The position numbers and the translations under genes are program-made. From the NCBI GenBank assembly GCA_965277715.1, contig OZ255836.1:3264001-3328000 (forward strand): 64,000 bases of DNA. The letters run 5' to 3'. Below are positions 58,879 through 64,000 of the stretch, in pieces. Position 1 is the stretch's first letter; every line of letters starts with the position of its first letter. The stretch comes from Gammaproteobacteria bacterium. GTDB lineage: Bacteria; Pseudomonadota; Gammaproteobacteria; JBCCGL01. The notes below the pieces were generated by a model. It was not told the DNA's origin. It worked only from the letters and a program-made list of their open reading frames with translations, and searched no databases.

Positions 58879-60054
58879 TTAGGCAAAGCTCAGTGCCGCC
58901 TCCAGTTCTGCCAGCAGGTCGTCGATATCCTCCACGCCCACCGACAAACGCACGAGTGAATCATCGATGCCGAGCTGCGCACGCACATCGGCGGGCAGTG
59001 AGGCATGGGTCATAATCGCCGGGTGCTCGATCAGGCTCTCGACACCGCCCAGGCTTTCGGCGAGGGCAAACAGTTCGCAGTGTTCCAAAAATGTACGCGA
59101 CTCCTTGAGGCCACCGTGCAATACCGCCGTCACCATACCGCCAAAGCCGTGCATCTGCCGTTTGGCCAGAGCGTGTTGTGGGTGCGATGCCAGGCCGGGG
59201 TAGTAAACCCGGTCAACCTTGGGGTGGGCTTCGAGAAATTCAGCGACTCTTTGGGCGTTTTCACAGTGCGCCCGCATGCGTAACGCCAGTGTTTTCACCC
59301 CACGCATCGCCAGGAATGCATCAAAAGGCCCAGTGACGCCGCCGACAGCAAATTGGAAAAATTTAATCTTTTCGATCAATTCCGGGTCGTCGCGCACCAC
59401 TACTGCCCCCCCCACCATGTCTGAGTGGCCATTAATGTATTTGGTCACCGAGTGCATCACCAGATCAAAACCAAAATCCAGTGGGTTTTGCAGGCAGGGC
59501 GTGGCAAACGTGTTATCGCATACGGTAATCAGGCCGTGTTTCCTGGCGACATCGGCGATGGCCTGCAGGTCGATAATTTTCAGCAGGGGGTTGCTGGGGG
59601 TTTCGACCCACACCATTTTGGTATTGGGCTGGATTGCCGCTTCCAGATTATCGATATTCGATAAGTCGGCAAAGCTGGTTTGCAGCCCTGTAGTGCGTGC
59701 CCGCACTTTGTGAAACAGGCGATGGGTACCGCCGTAAAGATCGTCCAGGGCGATCACGTGCGAGTCGCGATCCAACAGATCGAGAATAGCGCTACCAGCC
59801 GCCAGGCCCGAGGCGAAAGCAACCCCCGCCGCCCCGTTTTCCAGGCTGGCGATGCAGGCTTCAAACGCACTGCGTGTCGGGTTAGTGCCACGGCTATAGT
59901 CGTAGCCTTTATCCACGCCAGGGCTCTCCTGAACATAGGTTGAGGTGGCGTAAATTGGCGTCATAATCGCCCCGGTAGTGGGGTCAGGTGATTGCCCTGC
60001 GTGGATGGCGCGCGTGGCGAAGCCGTGTTTTTTTGATTCGTTCATACGGGGCAT
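58879..60054 (-). CDS. Cystathionine gamma-synthase/gamma-lyase family PLP enzyme
   Basis: YSRGTNPTR, LYGGT, ETPSNP, DNTFATP, SVTKYINGHSD, AESLGGVESL. Confidence 0.92.
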   Translation of the reverse strand: MPRMNESKKHGFATRAIHAGQSPDPTTGAIMTPIYATSTYVQESPGVDKGYDYSRGTNPTRSAFEACIASLENGAAGVAFASGLAAGSAILDLLDRDSHVIALDDLYGGTHRLFHKVRARTTGLQTSFADLSNIDNLEAAIQPNTKMVWVETPSNPLLKIIDLQAIADVARKHGLITVCDNTFATPCLQNPLDFGFDLVMHSVTKYINGHSDMVGGAVVVRDDPELIEKIKFFQFAVGGVTGPFDAFLAMRGVKTLALRMRAHCENAQRVAEFLEAHPKVDRVYYPGLASHPQHALAKRQMHGFGGMVTAVLHGGLKESRTFLEHCELFALAESLGGVESLIEHPAIMTHASLPADVRAQLGIDDSLVRLSVGVEDIDDLLAELEAALSFA

Positions 60055-60236
60055 TACCTTGAAGATTGAGTGTAAAAATAGAATGGCAGTCAGTTTTCAG
60101 ATTAAACACTCTTTTCCTGGAACTCAATAGTAAACTGCCTTGTTTGATACGGTTGTTTATCTGAGAACAGATCAAAATTATTCTCTCCCCCTCTACTGCC
60201 AAACGGTAGAATCGGCTTTTTTTAAGAGCGTCTTCT

Positions 60237-61466
60237 GTGGCCTCCTGGTGTGTTGAATATCTTTCCTTCGTGCGTAACAACCAGCGCTTTCTCAGCTTTG
60301 GTCTGTTGTTGTGTTTTACCTCCAGCGCGGGACAAACGTTTTTTATCGGCATTTTTGGCCCGGATATTCGCGCCGAGTTCTCACTCAGCCACACTGAGTG
60401 GGGCACGCTCTACTTAATCGGTACACTGGCCAGCGCCCTACTGCTGCCGTGGAGTGGGCAGTTGATCGACCGCCTTGCGCTGCGTTGGTTTGTGTGCATC
60501 GCGCTGTTCGGTCTGGTGTTGGCCTGTGTGTCGATCAGCCTGGTCAATTCGGTGTGGTTGGTGGCGCTGGCGGTGTTTTTATTGCGGCAGTTTGGCCAGG
60601 GGTTAACCAGCCTTGGCGGGAGTACATCGATGGCGCGCTATTTCGGTGCGCACCGGGGCAAGGCGATAGCGCTCTCTTCAGTCGGGTTTTCGCTGGGCGA
60701 GTCGATATTGCCGGTTGCGGCGGTGTTGGCTATTTCGCTGTGGGGGTGGCGCAATACCTATCAAATGGCGGCAGGTGGTGTGCTGCTGTTGATCCCGCTG
60801 GCGCTGTGGCTGTTGCGCGGCCATGGCCAACGCCACGCAGCGCATCTCGCCACACTGCAAACCGAACAGGATACAACGGCGACAGCAGGGGGGTATACGC
60901 GCAAACAAGTCCTCAGTGAGAAACGCTTTTACCTTATGCTACCGGCTATTCTCGCCCCGTCGCTGATTATTACTGCCTTGTTTTTTCATCACTTGACCCT
61001 GGCCGAAGACAAACAATGGTCGGCGCAATGGGTGACGGGGAATTACTGGGTTTATGCGCTGGCGACAGTGGCCACCTCACTTGTTGCGGGGCCAGTGATT
61101 GACCGTATTACCGCCGTGCGCATTATGCCGCTTTACTTGTTGCCGCTGGTGGTGTCGATGTTGATTATCGGCCCTGCCGTCTCTCCACTTTGGTTGTTTC
61201 CCTATTTGTTACTGGCGGGGGTTAATTCAGGGTTTTACTTCACGGGGTTAACCGCTATGTGGGCGGAGCTTTACGGCGCCCGGTTTTTGGGGGCTATCAA
61301 GTCGCTGATGACGGCGCTGGGTGTGTTGGCGTCCGCGCTTGGCCCGGTCAGTGTGGGGTTGATGCTGGATGCCGGTTTGAGCATGGAAACGGTGTGTTTA
61401 TGGTTTGCCGTCGCCTGCCTGGTATCGACATTGCTTTTGATCCGGGCGTTGCCTGCACAGAAATAA
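60237..61466 (+). CDS. MFS transporter
   Basis: ~12 hydrophobic segments; GQTFFIGIF, GQLIDR, RGKA, AELYG motifs. Confidence 0.85.
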   Translation: MASWCVEYLSFVRNNQRFLSFGLLLCFTSSAGQTFFIGIFGPDIRAEFSLSHTEWGTLYLIGTLASALLLPWSGQLIDRLALRWFVCIALFGLVLACVSISLVNSVWLVALAVFLLRQFGQGLTSLGGSTSMARYFGAHRGKAIALSSVGFSLGESILPVAAVLAISLWGWRNTYQMAAGGVLLLIPLALWLLRGHGQRHAAHLATLQTEQDTTATAGGYTRKQVLSEKRFYLMLPAILAPSLIITALFFHHLTLAEDKQWSAQWVTGNYWVYALATVATSLVAGPVIDRITAVRIMPLYLLPLVVSMLIIGPAVSPLWLFPYLLLAGVNSGFYFTGLTAMWAELYGARFLGAIKSLMTALGVLASALGPVSVGLMLDAGLSMETVCLWFAVACLVSTLLLIRALPAQK

Positions 61467-61728
61467 AAACCAGGTGGCCGCCACACTAAAACAGCAAATC
61501 ACCAAACGCAATTATCTGATCAAAATAGTCTGCATCAACCACGCTTTGTTTCACACCATTGACATGGATCAACACCGGCCTGATGCTGAAACCTCTTGGC
61601 AACGACAGGCCCGCCTAAATTGAATTATGGCGATTTGTTTACCTACGCGTTGGCTAAAAGCCGCTCGTGGTTTCATCTGTTTTCCCCGGCCTGTTTTTAT
61701 CAACCAGACTCGATCAGCTCTTGATGGG

Positions 61729-62451
61729 CTAAGATACCAGCAAGCTAATAGCCGCACAGGCCAGCACGACAGAAACGCCGTGTTGAAAGGAGTGAATGGA
61801 TATTTTCTGCAATAAATACCGCCCCACTAACGCAGCACTGACAGCGCTGATAATCAGGGCGGGTATGACGTAAATATGCTGCTCGCCGATTAGCCCGTCT
61901 TTGCTGTAAGCGGTAAGCTTTGCAATATTGGTGAGTACAGAGGTCGCCGCCATAATACCGACAAAGGCTTCTTTATCGAGTGACATGCCACGAAACAGGA
62001 TGGCTTTGATAATATTACCGCTGCCCAGAAGACCCGATAAAAAACCGTACAGACAAGCACCTGCAAATAATCCAGGCCTCTGTTTTTTTAACGCTAACTG
62101 CCACCCGCTGAAATTAACCAATAAATAGCACAGCAGCATAATGCCGAGCATTTTTTTGAGTAGTTCCGCTGGTACGGTGTCGACCAGCCCGGCGCCGATG
62201 TAGGCAAATGGCAGGCTGCCAATGGTCACCCAGGCGGCGACCCGCCAATCGATATCACCGCGAAATAATAAGGTTTTTGTTATCCCTGCAACCAGGAACA
62301 TGAGGGTGGCGAGCGCGATGGCTTCCTTAATCGGCAATACCAATGCGCCGAGGGACAGCAACAGGAGTGCTGTACCCAGACCAAACACGGCTGATACCAG
62401 TGAACTGGCAAATGCAAGCAGAACGAATGCGATGTATTCGATTCCGCCCAT
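61729..62451 (-). CDS. TauE/SafE (TSUP) family membrane protein
   Basis: Two internal hydrophobic repeats with FGLGTALL and GFLSGLLGSG motifs. Confidence 0.75.
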   Translation of the reverse strand: MGGIEYIAFVLLAFASSLVSAVFGLGTALLLLSLGALVLPIKEAIALATLMFLVAGITKTLLFRGDIDWRVAAWVTIGSLPFAYIGAGLVDTVPAELLKKMLGIMLLCYLLVNFSGWQLALKKQRPGLFAGACLYGFLSGLLGSGNIIKAILFRGMSLDKEAFVGIMAATSVLTNIAKLTAYSKDGLIGEQHIYVIPALIISAVSAALVGRYLLQKISIHSFQHGVSVVLACAAISLLVS

Positions 62452-62537
62452 TTTAATGTGCGTATAAAAAAATTAACCTACAAGCATGTAGGTAAAGGGC
62501 GTGAGCACGGGGCGGGAGCTTTAACACCTCGTAGGGC

Positions 62538-63596
62538 TTATTGGTTTTTTTGTTGATCCTGGTCCTGATCCTGATCCTGATCCTGATCCTGATCCAGGGT
62601 ATTATCCTGTTCATGGCTTTGGCTTTGATCCTGCTGTTTGCGCTGGTGGCCTGAGTCCTGATCCTGGTATCGGTCCTGATCCAGTTCATCACTCTGATTC
62701 TGTTGTTGCGCCTGTTGTTGGTACTCACCTTGATCCTGGTCTTGATCCCGCTCTTGCTCTCTCACTTGTTTTTGCCCAGGGTCTTCCTGTTCCCCGTGTT
62801 TGTGCGCTGTCTCCGCTGCTTGCTTTGTCGTGGGTTTGGGGTGTGAATAGCGAATAATATCGATGATTTGTTTTTCCTGGGGATCGACAATCACTATGCC
62901 AGGGCTATAACGCGCCTGGAGGTTGTAGAGTTGGAAATCGCCGGGTTTTTTCCCGCGCTCAGAGAAATAATCATCCAGGCGCTGCTTGAGTGCCCCATTT
63001 TTTTCGCCGAGCTGATCCAGTGTGACCTGATAGCCGGTGATCTTTTCCAGGTTGTCTTTCAGTGGGCGGTAGCGGTGGCTGCGCTCGTGCAGTTCGGGTA
63101 AACCATTGAGCACACTGGTGATGTAACTGCCATAGTTTTCACTGGGAACAGGCACGAGAAAAATCTGTGCCGGGCGGTCTGTCCCAAAGGTGCTTATAGC
63201 CTGTACCGGCTTACCCGCTTCACGCATCTTTTTATCACCCTGTTTAAGTCCGTCATAGGTGACAGGGACAAACTGCCCCTCAAAGAAGGCCAGTGCCTGG
63301 ATGCTTTGTTGATGTGCCGCCCATACACCGTAGCTCAGCGCCAGTGCCTGCATTAACACAATCACAGACATATCGAATTTAAGGTTGGGTTTACCGGGCT
63401 TGTAAAGCACCAGTGTCAGCATTGGCCCCAATACCAGGTCGACGGCTGCGATAATACGCAGACCCTGCCAGCCGCCGTTTATAAAAAATAAATCACCCGG
63501 AAACCAGCGGAATACCAGAAACCAGGCCAATACCAAAAATATAAGAAAACTGATGCCCAGGTGAATGGCGAAAGCCTTGAATTTGGTAATAATCAT
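62538..63596 (-). CDS. TfpX/TfpZ-like type IV pilin accessory protein with Gln/Asp-rich tail
   Basis: KAFAIHLGIS, WFP, GGWQGLRIIAAVDLVLGPMLTLVLYKPGK..LKFD..Q..AL.YG; ~95-aa low-complexity C-terminus. Confidence 0.75.
   Translation of the reverse strand: MIITKFKAFAIHLGISFLIFLVLAWFLVFRWFPGDLFFINGGWQGLRIIAAVDLVLGPMLTLVLYKPGKPNLKFDMSVIVLMQALALSYGVWAAHQQSIQALAFFEGQFVPVTYDGLKQGDKKMREAGKPVQAISTFGTDRPAQIFLVPVPSENYGSYITSVLNGLPELHERSHRYRPLKDNLEKITGYQVTLDQLGEKNGALKQRLDDYFSERGKKPGDFQLYNLQARYSPGIVIVDPQEKQIIDIIRYSHPKPTTKQAAETAHKHGEQEDPGQKQVREQERDQDQDQGEYQQQAQQQNQSDELDQDRYQDQDSGHQRKQQDQSQSHEQDNTLDQDQDQDQDQDQDQQKNQ
62554..62595 (-). repeat. Hexanucleotide microsatellite (7 units) encoding (DQ)n
   Basis: (TGATCC)n on the + strand with one TGGTCC variant. 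Confidence 0.85.
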
Positions 63597-63664
63597 TGTC
63601 TTAGTCGTTGATTAAGGCGTTGTATTGAGGTGTTTGAGCGGGTTATATAATAATGGCCTTTTAT

Positions 63665-63691
63665 CCTGACGATTCAACTGCGGAATTTAGG
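63665..63691. mobile_element. 27-bp internally deleted MITE remnant
   Basis: CCTGACGATTCAACTGCGGAATTTAGG flanked by TTTAT on both sides; right end matches the 121-bp MITE. Confidence 0.7.
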
Positions 63692-63751
63692 TTTATTTTT
63701 CAAGTAGCGTGGTATTGCCCATGACGGTTCGGGCTATTACTGCCTTAGCCC

Positions 63752-64000
63752 TTACTGTCTGAGCAATCGTTCCAGCAAGGCTTTTTGTGCATGCAACCGG
63801 TTCCCCGCTTCTTCCCATACAACGCTTTGTGGCCCGTCGATAACCTCGGCGGCGACTTCTTCACCCCGGTGTGCCGGCAGGCAGTGCATAAACAGGGCGT
63901 CTGGCTTGCCGAGCGCCAGTAATTCACGGGTTACCTGAAAACCGGCAAAGGCGGCGTTGCGCGTGGGTGATTCATTCTCCTGGCCCATGCTGGCCCATAC
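63752..64000 (-). CDS. argF: Ornithine carbamoyltransferase, C-terminal part (5' end outside window)
   Basis: [34 protein letters not shown]. Confidence 0.92.
   Translation of the reverse strand, partial: VWASMGQENESPTRNAAFAGFQVTRELLALGKPDALFMHCLPAHRGEEVAAEVIDGPQSVVWEEAGNRLHAQKALLERLLRQ

Overview
Bacterial chromosomal window, probably a Gammaproteobacterium (accB-accC-prmA-DUF3426-dusB-fis, yggS-proC-yggT and rpmB-rpmG gene orders). The left ~34.5 kb is an accessory region. It opens with a BrnT/BrnA-like toxin-antitoxin pair, a coupling-protein-like ATPase remnant and an IS66 with no target duplication. It also holds four near-identical Rpn-family (PD-(D/E)XK) genes, arranged as two oppositely oriented pairs. 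Between the pairs lies a 5589-aa type I-secreted RTX protein: unknown N-terminal domain, LysM, hydrophobic pore-like segment, RTX repeats, ~26 Ig-like repeats, a second RTX block and a FrpC-type self-processing-like module. It is followed by HlyB/HlyD-type exporter genes and two HlyC-type acyltransferases. The most striking feature is that the same internal piece of the RTX gene, ending at the head/stalk junction, is copied immediately upstream of two Rpn genes. Together with shared leaders on different secreted immunity-like genes, this suggests a cassette system that swaps N-terminal toxin heads. That model is inference. The right half is mostly housekeeping genes, plus a bufferin-type RiPP cluster with ECF sigma/anti-sigma, a MITE family with 5-bp target duplications and a few frameshifted genes. 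No rRNA, tRNA or CRISPR array was seen. All functional calls come from motif recognition by eye; no database searches were run.
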